Shown here: piece after piece, positions 18,641-27,240 of the stretch
How the letters are laid out: the number at the start of each line of letters is the position of its first letter
Numbering within the stretch: the stretch's first letter is position 1
Origin: Turneriella sp.
GTDB lineage: Bacteria; Spirochaetota; Leptospiria; Turneriellales; Turneriellaceae
Length of the DNA: 64,000 nt
NCBI GenBank assembly: GCA_965279515.1
Contig: CBDIID010000003.1
Location: forward strand, 480,001-544,000
Direction of reading: 5' to 3'
Program-made: the position numbers and the translations under genes
Notes under the pieces: model-generated
Told to the model about the DNA's origin: nothing
The model's input: only the letters and a program-made list of their open reading frames with translations
The model's database searches: none

Positions 18641-19357
18641 GTTCGTTTCCTCCTGAGCGTGTAGTTCTTCATTTTTTGATACGTTGTTTTCTGCCGAAGA
18701 ATCTTCGGCCGGTTGAAACCAGTGGCGTGCCAGGCGTTGCTTGGCGTTCGGGTCGCCGCCCTGGTATACGAGAGAGAACTCGTCGTAGCTGGTGATCTCG
18801 GTGACGTCGATCGTCACGAGTTTGTTGTCAACTTCGGCGCCGAGCTTGTACCAGAAATTTTCTAGATCGGGATGAGACTTCTGGAATTTAAAGCGAATGC
18901 CTACAGATCCGCTGTGGATTGCCGGCGGTCTCATTTTCAAACCGGCGGCGATGCGGGGGCTTACTATTTTGTCGATCTTCAACTCAACGTCGATACCGTT
19001 GGGCTCTTCAGTTTCAGACCAGATCGATTCACTGACAACGCCGAGCCACTGGTTCACGTCGCGGTCGTGGTTGGGGTAAACGGTTTGGTGCAAGAGTAGC
19101 TTTACACTTTTTTTGAGAACATCACCGAGCGAGAAGTTCAGCCAGTAGCCAGGGATCACGACTTTAGAAAGAGCACGGAAGCGAGGATAGATATAATTCT
19201 CGTCTTCCTTCATCTCCGTCGGCGCACCTTCGGCGGGTGCGAGCAACTTCGCGGCGCTGTTTATGCAGACGCCTTCGAAGCTGTTCTTGCGCAGCATTAC
19301 GGTGAGCTCGCCGTCGACGAGCGTGACCATGTTACCTTTGCTTTTCATTCTTATCAT
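18197..19357 (-). CDS. Prohead protease with C-terminal scaffold
   Basis: NHDRDV..LG and HSGSVG protease-like motifs; coiled-coil C-terminus. Confidence 0.75.
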   Translation of the reverse strand: MIRMKSKGNMVTLVDGELTVMLRKNSFEGVCINSAAKLLAPAEGAPTEMKEDENYIYPRFRALSKVVIPGYWLNFSLGDVLKKSVKLLLHQTVYPNHDRDVNQWLGVVSESIWSETEEPNGIDVELKIDKIVSPRIAAGLKMRPPAIHSGSVGIRFKFQKSHPDLENFWYKLGAEVDNKLVTIDVTEITSYDEFSLVYQGGDPNAKQRLARHWFQPAEDSSAENNVSKNEELHAQEETNVKLKKQFCEKLGMKTEGLFAKGVEEVEISQAQFDALMADVSRVNEALTQEIAELKPKAELGEQHEKALRDDAEKFYRLCAGEGKASEEIIKSLQTAPIETVKALAADYKTRADQLHPANDRQSSVTTEGNQQSASSSDDDVENFQIK

Positions 19358-20439
19358 GTGAGATCCTCAAAGTCTGCCGTTGCGGCGTTGGGTATGTTGC
19401 GGATGAAGGATGTGCCTTCGGGGTAGATCTTGAACTTCACGCCTTCGAGGCTGCGCTCAAGCGTGATCTCGAAATAACCGAACTCGTCGCTGATGACGCT
19501 GCGCGGGTGTGGCAACAGGCTGATGCCTTTGGTGGCCACGACCTGAATCTCGCGGCCTGGAAGCGGATCGCCGGTACCGTCTTTCAGATAACCGGAGACG
19601 ACGCAGATCTGCGGATCGGCGAGCGAAGGTGCGGCGACCGCAGCGTTGAGCGTGCACGAAGTGATCGTCGGCCGCGCGGTACCGTCGAGCGAGCGCAGCA
19701 CGATGCCGATGCGCACCCACGACTTTTGCGCGAGCGGCGGCAGATCGGTGAGCGCCGACGCCTGATCATAGCTGCGGTCTGAATTTACCCAGGCGCCGCC
19801 ATCGTAAAATTTCGCGACACCGTCGATAATCCAGAAGTAGCGGATGCCGGTTTGCGCCGGAGCGCTCACCGACTGCAGCAGCTCTTCGGCTTCAGTGATC
19901 AGCACCGGCGGTGTGAGCAGGTAGAGATTCGCGTCGTCGTAGTATTGCACCGGGCCGTTCAGCTCGAAGCGAATGATCTGCACCGTGTCGGCAGAATCAG
20001 TGAGCACGAGTTTGACGTAGCGGTAACGAACCGCGGTGAACGATTGGTTGATGTCGTCTTCGACATCGGGGATGTTGACGATCTCGTCGAAGTCTATACC
20101 GTCTTCTGAGAGATAAAGAATCGCCGACGCGGGCAATCCGCCTAACGCGAAGTCGAGTTTGAGACGGTTCAGCCATAACAGGCGACCGAGATCGATTTCG
20201 ATTTCGTGAGGCCCCGACACAACCGTAGACCAGTACGTCGCGGCGTCGCCATCGACCATGTGCGATGCCGGGTGATCGGCGTGTGCCGAAGTTGCCTCGA
20301 TAGATTTATTTAAAGCGAGATCGGTGCTCGTGTTCGCGAGCTCTTTGATGCGCGCGACTGCGGACGCAATTTCTACGCGCTCCGCATTAAAGCGAAACTC
20401 GTTAGAGCGGTCGAAAAGGTATGTGTGTCGTACTGACAT
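19354..20439 (-). CDS. Discoidin (F5/8 type C) domain protein with C-terminal beta-sandwich
   Basis: DLALNK..ATS, VDGDAATYWST, IEIDLG, SEDG, RYVKL motifs; C-terminal VSGYLKDGTGDPL..SDEFGYFEI. Confidence 0.75.
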   Translation of the reverse strand: MSVRHTYLFDRSNEFRFNAERVEIASAVARIKELANTSTDLALNKSIEATSAHADHPASHMVDGDAATYWSTVVSGPHEIEIDLGRLLWLNRLKLDFALGGLPASAILYLSEDGIDFDEIVNIPDVEDDINQSFTAVRYRYVKLVLTDSADTVQIIRFELNGPVQYYDDANLYLLTPPVLITEAEELLQSVSAPAQTGIRYFWIIDGVAKFYDGGAWVNSDRSYDQASALTDLPPLAQKSWVRIGIVLRSLDGTARPTITSCTLNAAVAAPSLADPQICVVSGYLKDGTGDPLPGREIQVVATKGISLLPHPRSVISDEFGYFEITLERSLEGVKFKIYPEGTSFIRNIPNAATADFEDLT

Positions 20440-20677
20440 TTTTTAATGCCACGTACGGTGATCAGACAGGTAGCAAGCGCGCTATTCCCGAGGTTTTGTG
20501 TTTTTTATGGTCTCGGGATTATGTCTCATGTTTAGAAAACTTTTTGGGCGCCTCTCAGAGGGCAAAAGCGCCGTTGATTTTCGTTGCGAAACGCGAAGTC
20601 GGGGGTTTCTGCTCCCCAGGAATGACACCCGGCTTAAAATGGCTAGAAATGCCCTTTGCGGGGATGAGTAAATCCGC

Positions 20678-20980
20678 TTATTGGTAGTAGAGTTCGCGGG
20701 CCAAGTCTCTGACATGCACCGGTAACTCTTCGAGCGGGTATTCGCCGCGCGCGATGCGGGCGAACTCGTTTCTCCAGGTGCGCGGTGTGCCACCGGTGAG
20801 AAGCCCCTCGAAATTCTTGCGGGCGAAGGTGCCGAGGTGCTGCACGAAGTAAGCGTCGAGAAATTTACTCTCGTCTTCGTTCATCTCGACCAGGTTCATG
20901 TCGAACTCTTCGCCCTGCAGCTGATCGCGGTTCACCAACTCGAAGTCGTTGACGAGTGTCTGCTCGCGCGCTTCGGTCAT
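20678..20980 (-). CDS. Putative immunity protein for the MuF toxin
   Basis: 100-aa acidic ORF coupled by ATGA to the MuF-toxin stop. Confidence 0.55.
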   Translation of the reverse strand: MTEAREQTLVNDFELVNRDQLQGEEFDMNLVEMNEDESKFLDAYFVQHLGTFARKNFEGLLTGGTPRTWRNEFARIARGEYPLEELPVHVRDLARELYYQ

Positions 20981-22401
20981 GGTACAACCTCGACATAAGT
21001 GTCTTCGTACTCGGCGAAGTTCTTTTTCTTAGGCCTGAACGAAGTGGCGATGCTCGACGACTTATCGTCGACCACGACCGCGAGATTCTCTTTCGTCTGG
21101 TAGAACATGGTTCTTGCTGCGCCCTTGTTATAGTAGACGAACAGTCGATCATAGTCGGTCAATACTTTTTTGGCCAGCGCCGCATAAGCCTTCGCGTTCT
21201 TCGGAGCGTCCGCTCCGGTGAACTCGTCCTTGTGCTTATCGAAGTGCGAGGCCAGCGCTTCGGGCTGTCCCCAGTCTGCGCCCTGGAAGGCGTTGATCTT
21301 CGAGGCGAACTCGCTCGGGTTCAGATCGTGAAAATCCTGCCAGCGCAGAAATGCTTGCTGGCGTTTGATCTGCCCCGTGGCTTCGTCGACCGTCGTGGCT
21401 TCGGGCATCTTCGGCTGCGTGAGTTCTTTTCCCGTGCGGGTCAAGATGCGCTCTTCGCGTCCGACGACCACCGTCGTGCGGCACCGTCCATGGTAAGGCG
21501 GCATGCGGCACGCGAGTGAAGCGATCACCTGCGGCGTCTTGCCTTGCGGCACCGTCTTCGGCCAGGGAAATTTTGACACGACGTCGGATGGCTCTGTGTC
21601 CAGGACATCCTGCACAAATTCGGCCATCGTTTCTACCCGTACTCTGCGGCCATTCATCTCGCGGCAAATTGCCGAAGTCTTCTGGTCGAGAATCGCGACG
21701 ATCTCCAGCTCTTGAAAGCCGAGCTCTTGCATCGACAGCACCTGCGAAAAGTTGCGCGCCTTGTTCACCGCGTTCGAGACAACCAGGCGGTAACGGCTCT
21801 GCGCTTCGTCTTCACCCAAAACCTTGCCGGCAGCTTTCGCTGCGGCGATGGCTTTGTCGCGAATCTCTTTCGCCGATGTACCTTTACCTTCGAGCTCGTC
21901 GAGCACGGCCTGCCGCATCTCGTCGCGGAAGTCGTTATAGACAGCGCCGTAGTCGTAACCCTGCGCCGCCTCGAACCACTTCATCGCTTTCGGCAGCTGC
22001 TGCGTCGCGGTTTTCTGCGCGGGCTTTACCCCGCTCGTCGCACCATCGACCCAGGCGTTGCGGATGTGATCGCGCACCGCGGCGGAAACCTCCGCCGGGA
22101 GTGTGTCTCTCATCTCGCCGTCGAGCCAGTCGAGTGCGGAATCGGCATCGCCTTTTGCAAGACGATCTTCGAGCCCGCGCACGATGCGCTCGACTTCTAC
22201 CTTGTACTGACCCAGCATCGCCGATTGAGCCGCGGCATCTTGCGCCGCAGCCTTCTCGGCTTCTTTGCGTTTCGTAACGTTGTCAATCGCCGGCTTGCCG
22301 TCCTCTGACGGTTTGCCGGTTTTGGCTAATCTGCTTTCCGGAAGGGAATCAGATTCGTGCCCCGTGCAGCCTTCGTGGTCGCACGGTGAAGTATTGCGGT
22401 C
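20977..22401 (-). CDS. MuF (phage head morphogenesis) domain with C-terminal predicted toxin; start uncertain (frameshift from portal at 22401, or ATG at 22218)
   Basis: MuF motifs AILDQKTSAICREMNG and MPPYHGRCRT; extension HFDKHKDEF...IATSFRP. Confidence 0.8.
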   Translation of the reverse strand, partial: DRNTSPCDHEGCTGHESDSLPESRLAKTGKPSEDGKPAIDNVTKRKEAEKAAAQDAAAQSAMLGQYKVEVERIVRGLEDRLAKGDADSALDWLDGEMRDTLPAEVSAAVRDHIRNAWVDGATSGVKPAQKTATQQLPKAMKWFEAAQGYDYGAVYNDFRDEMRQAVLDELEGKGTSAKEIRDKAIAAAKAAGKVLGEDEAQSRYRLVVSNAVNKARNFSQVLSMQELGFQELEIVAILDQKTSAICREMNGRRVRVETMAEFVQDVLDTEPSDVVSKFPWPKTVPQGKTPQVIASLACRMPPYHGRCRTTVVVGREERILTRTGKELTQPKMPEATTVDEATGQIKRQQAFLRWQDFHDLNPSEFASKINAFQGADWGQPEALASHFDKHKDEFTGADAPKNAKAYAALAKKVLTDYDRLFVYYNKGAARTMFYQTKENLAVVVDDKSSSIATSFRPKKKNFAEYEDTYVEVVP

Positions 22402-23693
22402 TTTTTTTTTAGCGCGCGCATCGTTGCTGCGGTCGCCTTTGTGCCGGTGGCCTTCTCGTAGCCGGCCTCGCGCGCGGCTTCGTCGGCAGAGATCCATCCG
22501 GCATCTTGTTTGAGCAGTATATTCAGCAGCTCAAAATTCTTAGCTTGCGCATCGGCAGCCGGGTCGAGCGAGCGCGATGGGTTGAATGTTACGGTGACTG
22601 CCTTTACGCGGAAACCTTTGAGCACCAGGTGCAGCCAATACACTTTCTCAAGGAAGCGTTTCAAAACGCGCTGACGCCCACGCAGTTTTGAAAGGAAACT
22701 CTCGTAGACGACGCCTGCATAGGTTTCGGTTGTTGAGTAACTGCGGCCGAGGAGCGACGGGTCCATGTCGATGCCAGAGGCGAGCTGCTCTTCACCGATC
22801 TGGAACAGATCAGCAGCACCGCGCGCGTCGCCGGTTACGCTTTTATGATCGATCGTGACGTCGTCGTAGCTGACGGCAACGCCTGACTTGGCAAAGTTTT
22901 CACGGAAGGATTTCGCAAAGTCCTCGAGATTCTTTTTAAGGCGGGCGGTGTATTCCCGCGGCGCTTCGTTATTGTTCGGCGCCGGTTTCTTCTTGGCATG
23001 GACGAACCCGAGCAGGCCGATTTTCCTGATGACTTCTTTGATGCGGTCGATGAAATCCTTTTGCGATTTTGCCGTATCGAGCGCGGCTATGAACGGGGGA
23101 ATTCCGTACGGGCTTTTCTCGTCGCGCTGCAGCGGAATATACATGTACTGATGTTCGTTGAGTTCGACATCCTCGCCGATGCCCGTTTGGAAAGGAGCCC
23201 AGTCGCCGCGGTCATTGCGTTTGAAGCGAACTTCTTTCACCGGCACGAGCTCGACTTTGCGAATGCCAGAGAAGTCGCCTTCTGGAATCGCCTCAGCAGA
23301 AAGCGCGCCGCGGATTGTTACCTGGCGGAGAATAGCATCGACGAGGGAATCGATTCCGGCAGCCGGCTTGAAAGCTGTCTTTGCAAAATCCTTGAGCTCT
23401 TCGCGCGCCTTTACCGATTCGGCTTCAGAGAGGCCCTCGAAAGAGACCTGGTGTCCGGTATTCGCAAAGCTGATCGTACGCTCCACGGCCTGCGACAGAT
23501 CTGGCGTAGAAAGAACGAGCTTCTCTATTTCGTCTACGAGCTCGAACGGTACCGGCGGCGTCACAGAATCGAGCAGTTCACTGCGTTTGCGCTCTGGCGT
23601 CAGCTCGCGCTCCGACGGAATATCTACCGCAAAGGCTTGCTGCGCCGGCTCTTTGCGGCCGCGAGAGAATATATTTCCGAGGAAGCGAAACAT
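22326..23693 (-). CDS. Portal protein
   Basis: 455 aa after terminase; PYGIPPF and GWISADEAARE motifs. Confidence 0.85.
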   Translation of the reverse strand: MFRFLGNIFSRGRKEPAQQAFAVDIPSERELTPERKRSELLDSVTPPVPFELVDEIEKLVLSTPDLSQAVERTISFANTGHQVSFEGLSEAESVKAREELKDFAKTAFKPAAGIDSLVDAILRQVTIRGALSAEAIPEGDFSGIRKVELVPVKEVRFKRNDRGDWAPFQTGIGEDVELNEHQYMYIPLQRDEKSPYGIPPFIAALDTAKSQKDFIDRIKEVIRKIGLLGFVHAKKKPAPNNNEAPREYTARLKKNLEDFAKSFRENFAKSGVAVSYDDVTIDHKSVTGDARGAADLFQIGEEQLASGIDMDPSLLGRSYSTTETYAGVVYESFLSKLRGRQRVLKRFLEKVYWLHLVLKGFRVKAVTVTFNPSRSLDPAADAQAKNFELLNILLKQDAGWISADEAAREAGYEKATGTKATAATMRALKKKTAILHRATTKAARGTNLIPFRKAD

Positions 23694-23697
23694 CTTG

Positions 23698-25371
23698 TTA
23701 TGTGAGGCTCAGATAAATCGGGTCCACACCCGTGACGACATGCAACGGTGAAACTTCAGACGCGATGCGTGCGTAGTTTAATGCCATGCCGTAGTGATTC
23801 GGAACTTTTTTCTTGTAGTGAATTTCGTTGATACCGCCCTTATCGACACCCTCTTTGATGAGCATCTTAAGCTGTGACTTGAAAACTTCGTAGGCTGTAA
23901 TCTTGTCGGCGGGCATGCGCTTCGGGTCTGGTAATTCTATCCGCACATCACGCAGCGATTCCGTGGTTTCGTCCAGCGACTCGTCACGGTTCACAGTAAC
24001 ACGTGGCACGGCGAATTCGCCCTGGCCTTCTTCGCCGGTTTTGAGAGTGTCGCCTTTATAGTAATTGATGTAAACGCGTCCCTGAAAATGGCGGGCGATA
24101 TTTTTCGCGAGCGTCTTGTACGGCATCGCGTCGATGACGCCGCAGTATCCGCCGCGTTGCTCGACCGCGTCGATGATGGCTTTCTCATTGTCGGCCGGCA
24201 TTTCGATAAAGTCGGTAACGCGCAGGCGATTCTCGTGAGGCTGCATGAAGACGAGGTGGCATTTGTCGCCGACGTCCATACCCCAGAAGGTGAAACGCGT
24301 GTGAGAATCGGCCGAGTATAGTCTCTGCGCGGCGCGCAGCACGTCGTCGGTAATGGGCTTAGAGTTAACGGTGCTGAACGGCTGGCCGAGAATAGAGATA
24401 GAGAAGTTCTTTTTCTGGATCAATGTCGTAGCCGATTCGTACCGGCGCTTGATCTCAGCGGCAGAGATATGCTCGAACAGCAGGTGCGAAAGGTGCCGGC
24501 CGACAATATCCTTGGATCGCTTCGGAAATTCAGCGACCCAGACGCCCGTGCTCATGTTGAGTTTGCGCGAACACTTCACGCAGCCGATGTAGACGTTATT
24601 GCCTTTCGTAATGAGGCAATCAGGGAAGGTCTTGTCGGGAAAATTCCAGAATCCGCATCCGCATTTTACGCCGAAGAACCGGCTGTCAGATTCTTTAAAA
24701 TCAGCATCGATGCCAAAGTCATCCTCTGACGGTTGCGACAACTTGGTGATGGCTGGGTCGGATGAGTGAAGCAAACGGTCTTCGGCGAACTGCAGGTTCT
24801 CCTGATTCGACTCGTCGACTTCGTCCATTACGCCGTGATCGATCGAGATCGACTTCACCTTGCGCTTCGAAAAAACGCCACGAAAATAGATTGAGAATTT
24901 TCCGAATTGCTTGAGGCCGACATTGTCGGTCAGACTGGGCCCTTGCAGCGACGAAAGCAGCTCCGAGTTTTCAATAATCGGATTCGCTTTGTCCTGTACA
25001 TAATCAGCGATGTCTTCGTCTGTTGGAAAAAAGTAACTGGTGTTCGATCCGTATTTTACGCCGAGGTAAACGGATTTGAGAAACGCGTAGGTAGAGATCG
25101 CCATCTGAGCGGCTTTGCGATAAACTTCACGCGGCGGCTTCGGTTGCGTATAGATCTCGCGCAGCGGCTCGTGGTCCTTAAGACTGAACGGCTGCCAGGA
25201 GCGACCAACCTTGATGCGGATATTTTGCATCACCCATTCTAGCATGTTCGTCGCGCCGAAGTGCTTGCGCCCTTCGACGAGAAACTGCTCGAATTGCTCT
25301 TCGTTCTTCGCGGCCATGTCTTCAGGAAAGAACAGGACGAGTGCTAATATTAATGCGAGTATGCGTTTCAC
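23698..25371 (-). CDS. Terminase large subunit (GpA-like); alternative start at 25317
   Basis: KAAQMAIST Walker-A-like, MDEVDE Walker B, Cys cluster, nuclease GMDVG and NHY motifs. Confidence 0.85.
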   Translation of the reverse strand: MKRILALILALVLFFPEDMAAKNEEQFEQFLVEGRKHFGATNMLEWVMQNIRIKVGRSWQPFSLKDHEPLREIYTQPKPPREVYRKAAQMAISTYAFLKSVYLGVKYGSNTSYFFPTDEDIADYVQDKANPIIENSELLSSLQGPSLTDNVGLKQFGKFSIYFRGVFSKRKVKSISIDHGVMDEVDESNQENLQFAEDRLLHSSDPAITKLSQPSEDDFGIDADFKESDSRFFGVKCGCGFWNFPDKTFPDCLITKGNNVYIGCVKCSRKLNMSTGVWVAEFPKRSKDIVGRHLSHLLFEHISAAEIKRRYESATTLIQKKNFSISILGQPFSTVNSKPITDDVLRAAQRLYSADSHTRFTFWGMDVGDKCHLVFMQPHENRLRVTDFIEMPADNEKAIIDAVEQRGGYCGVIDAMPYKTLAKNIARHFQGRVYINYYKGDTLKTGEEGQGEFAVPRVTVNRDESLDETTESLRDVRIELPDPKRMPADKITAYEVFKSQLKMLIKEGVDKGGINEIHYKKKVPNHYGMALNYARIASEVSPLHVVTGVDPIYLSLT

Positions 25372-25904
25372 TTCTTTGCCTCCGATGCGCGTATTTGTTT
25401 AAGTTTTTCATGAAAGCGTTTTTCTACTTGCGACCAGCGCTGCTCAAGCAGCTTGCCGATTTTTTCGTCTTCCTGGAGAACAGAGAGCAGAGCCGTGACG
25501 GATTGCCGCGCGGTCTCTTCGCTGTCGCGGTCGGCACCGCTTTGTTCCAGGATAAATTTGCCCGCACCGATGAGAGAATAAATCGCACCATCGAGAGTCT
25601 TGGCCTGGAGCGAAGGAAGCTGCTGAACGAGTAGCTCTTTGGCCCTGCTGACCTCGCTGATAATTTCACGGCGGGCGCCGGCGATACTCTCGTCGATCTT
25701 ATCGTGGTGTGCGACTTCCGTTCTTTTGCAGCGTTCATCCCAGTTAAGGCCGCGAGCGTCTTTCTCTTGCGACCATTCGTGGACAGTCGCTTTGGATATC
25801 TTCGGGTACTCCCGCTTAAGAACGCGCACAACCTCGGAAAGATTCCGGCTGTCGTAGTAGATACGGAACGCGCGCTCTTTGACTTCATGGGTGTACCGGG
25901 GCAT
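25368..25904 (-). CDS. Terminase small subunit (HTH; start corrected to MPRYTH)
   Basis: N-terminal HTH (KISKATVHEW); directly upstream of large subunit. Confidence 0.7.
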   Translation of the reverse strand: MPRYTHEVKERAFRIYYDSRNLSEVVRVLKREYPKISKATVHEWSQEKDARGLNWDERCKRTEVAHHDKIDESIAGARREIISEVSRAKELLVQQLPSLQAKTLDGAIYSLIGAGKFILEQSGADRDSEETARQSVTALLSVLQEDEKIGKLLEQRWSQVEKRFHEKLKQIRASEAKK

Positions 25905-25909
25905 TGCAT

Positions 25910-26302
25910 TTATTTCGAGGTCGCGGCCCCCGCGGCAAAGCCCGCACCGATCAGCAAGGCCGCGGCGAGAGCGATCTCCCACCACTCGAACGATTTACCG
26001 AACGAGATCACCTTGCCTTCGGGGCTCATCTTGAATTTGTACTTGAGGTCGTGCACTTCGAGAAACAACACGTAGCTGCCGTCGGCGAGCTCCTGGCGTT
26101 TCGAGCGGTCTTCTTTGAGGTCGGCGGCTTCGATCTTTTCGAGGCGCTCGGCGTCTGCGATCAGCTGCGCCAGAACTTCTTTGCGCAGAATCGTGACTTG
26201 GCGTTCGCGGGGCGGAGGATTGAGAGGCGGCGCCGCCAGCAGTCCGGAGACTGAAACTGCCAGCAGCACCGCGAGGAGAATTTTTTTAAATGGGTGGTTC
26301 AT
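25910..26302 (-). CDS. Membrane protein, spanin-like candidate
   Basis: N-terminal signal/TM helix, helical middle, C-terminal TM helix. Confidence 0.5.
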   Translation of the reverse strand: MNHPFKKILLAVLLAVSVSGLLAAPPLNPPPRERQVTILRKEVLAQLIADAERLEKIEAADLKEDRSKRQELADGSYVLFLEVHDLKYKFKMSPEGKVISFGKSFEWWEIALAAALLIGAGFAAGAATSK

Positions 26303-26472
26303 TGTTTGAGCGCCTTCTTGGCCTCTTCGATATACGGGCGGTCGATGTGCTCGTGCAGCTTCTCAGTGTCGATATCGCCGAGCTTGCCGTTAGAACAAGC
26401 CGCGCGGCCGCCGAAGTATGTGGCCACGAGCACCGCAACTGCGATGCCCAGGTATTTAATCTTTGTGATCAC
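26299..26472 (-). CDS. Small membrane or lipoprotein (57 aa)
   Basis: GTGA coupling with upstream stop; hydrophobic stretch then GGRAAC. Confidence 0.5.
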   Translation of the reverse strand: MITKIKYLGIAVAVLVATYFGGRAACSNGKLGDIDTEKLHEHIDRPYIEEAKKALKQ

Positions 26473-26915
26473 GGGATGCCGCCTTCGTTCGGCGCGGGCG
26501 GTTTGGCCTTGGGTGTGAAACGATCTTTGACTGCGCGGTAGAGCTCTGCCAACGTAGGCCCGCAAAGGATCAACACGCCCGAGAGCGGCAGTACTTCACC
26601 GCCGAGGCCCAAGAGATCGACAACAGGCGTCGTCACGCGGATGGAAATCATCAGCAACATAAAGCCAATAATGCGAAGCAGATTCGAGAATCGCCAGAAC
26701 GACACGAAGTCGTCGGCGTCAGCTGTGGTACCATTGCCGCGGATCGCTTCGAGAATCATCGGGCCGGCAAAAAGCACGATGCCCGCAACGGGCAATGCCT
26801 GGCCAAAGATGCCCAGCATGGTGAGTGCCGGTGTGGCTACGAAGCCAGAAAGGATAATCAGAAAAACGCCGAGCAGGCGGAAGAGATTGGTGATGCGAAA
26901 GAGTGGTTTATTCAT
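26469..26915 (-). CDS. Multi-TM holin-like protein with internal duplication
   Basis: About four hydrophobic segments in two similar halves; basic C-tail. Confidence 0.55.
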   Translation of the reverse strand: MNKPLFRITNLFRLLGVFLIILSGFVATPALTMLGIFGQALPVAGIVLFAGPMILEAIRGNGTTADADDFVSFWRFSNLLRIIGFMLLMISIRVTTPVVDLLGLGGEVLPLSGVLILCGPTLAELYRAVKDRFTPKAKPPAPNEGGIP

Positions 26916-26916
26916 G

Positions 26917-27108
26917 TTACCTCACACGCTTGTTGATCAGGAATTTTACATCTTCCCTGATTTCTTTGAGGATGCGCGCGTTGTTTTCGTTAGCAACTTC
27001 GAGTTTCACGATGCGAATCTCGATGTCTTTGCTGACGGTGAAGTAATAGACCAGCATCGATACGGCAAATACAGCCGCCTTGATATAGTCTTTCGCTTCA
27101 AACCGCAT
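26917..27108 (-). CDS. Small TM + coiled-coil protein (holin-like)
   Basis: One TM helix then heptad pattern; GGAG SD; first gene after the late leader. Confidence 0.55.
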   Translation of the reverse strand: MRFEAKDYIKAAVFAVSMLVYYFTVSKDIEIRIVKLEVANENNARILKEIREDVKFLINKRVR

Positions 27109-27128
27109 CGCATCTCCGTCGCAGTCCT

Positions 27129-27165
27129 AAAAATTGGTGAGCGCCCGTTGCCAGGCGCCCGCCAA
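27129..27165 (-). terminator. Intrinsic terminator-like hairpin in late leader
   Basis: Minus-strand TTGGCGGGCGCCTG-GCAA-CGGGCGCTCACCAA followed by TTTTT. Confidence 0.6.
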
Positions 27166-27210
27166 GGAGCTGCGCTTGTTCCCGTCCGGGTTACCGGTCG
27201 TGACAGTGCG

Positions 27211-27240
27211 GTTTTACAACATCGAAGGGGGGTGTGTCAA
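27211..27240 (-). promoter_or_regulatory. Candidate late promoter
   Basis: Perfect TTGACA (27235..27240), 18 nt, then weak -10 TAAAAC. Confidence 0.4.

Noticed and set aside
22402..22497. ORF-track start of MuF at 22497
   Set aside because: Lies 170 nt inside the portal gene, lacks a clear SD and encodes Arg-rich off-frame-like sequence; not fully excluded
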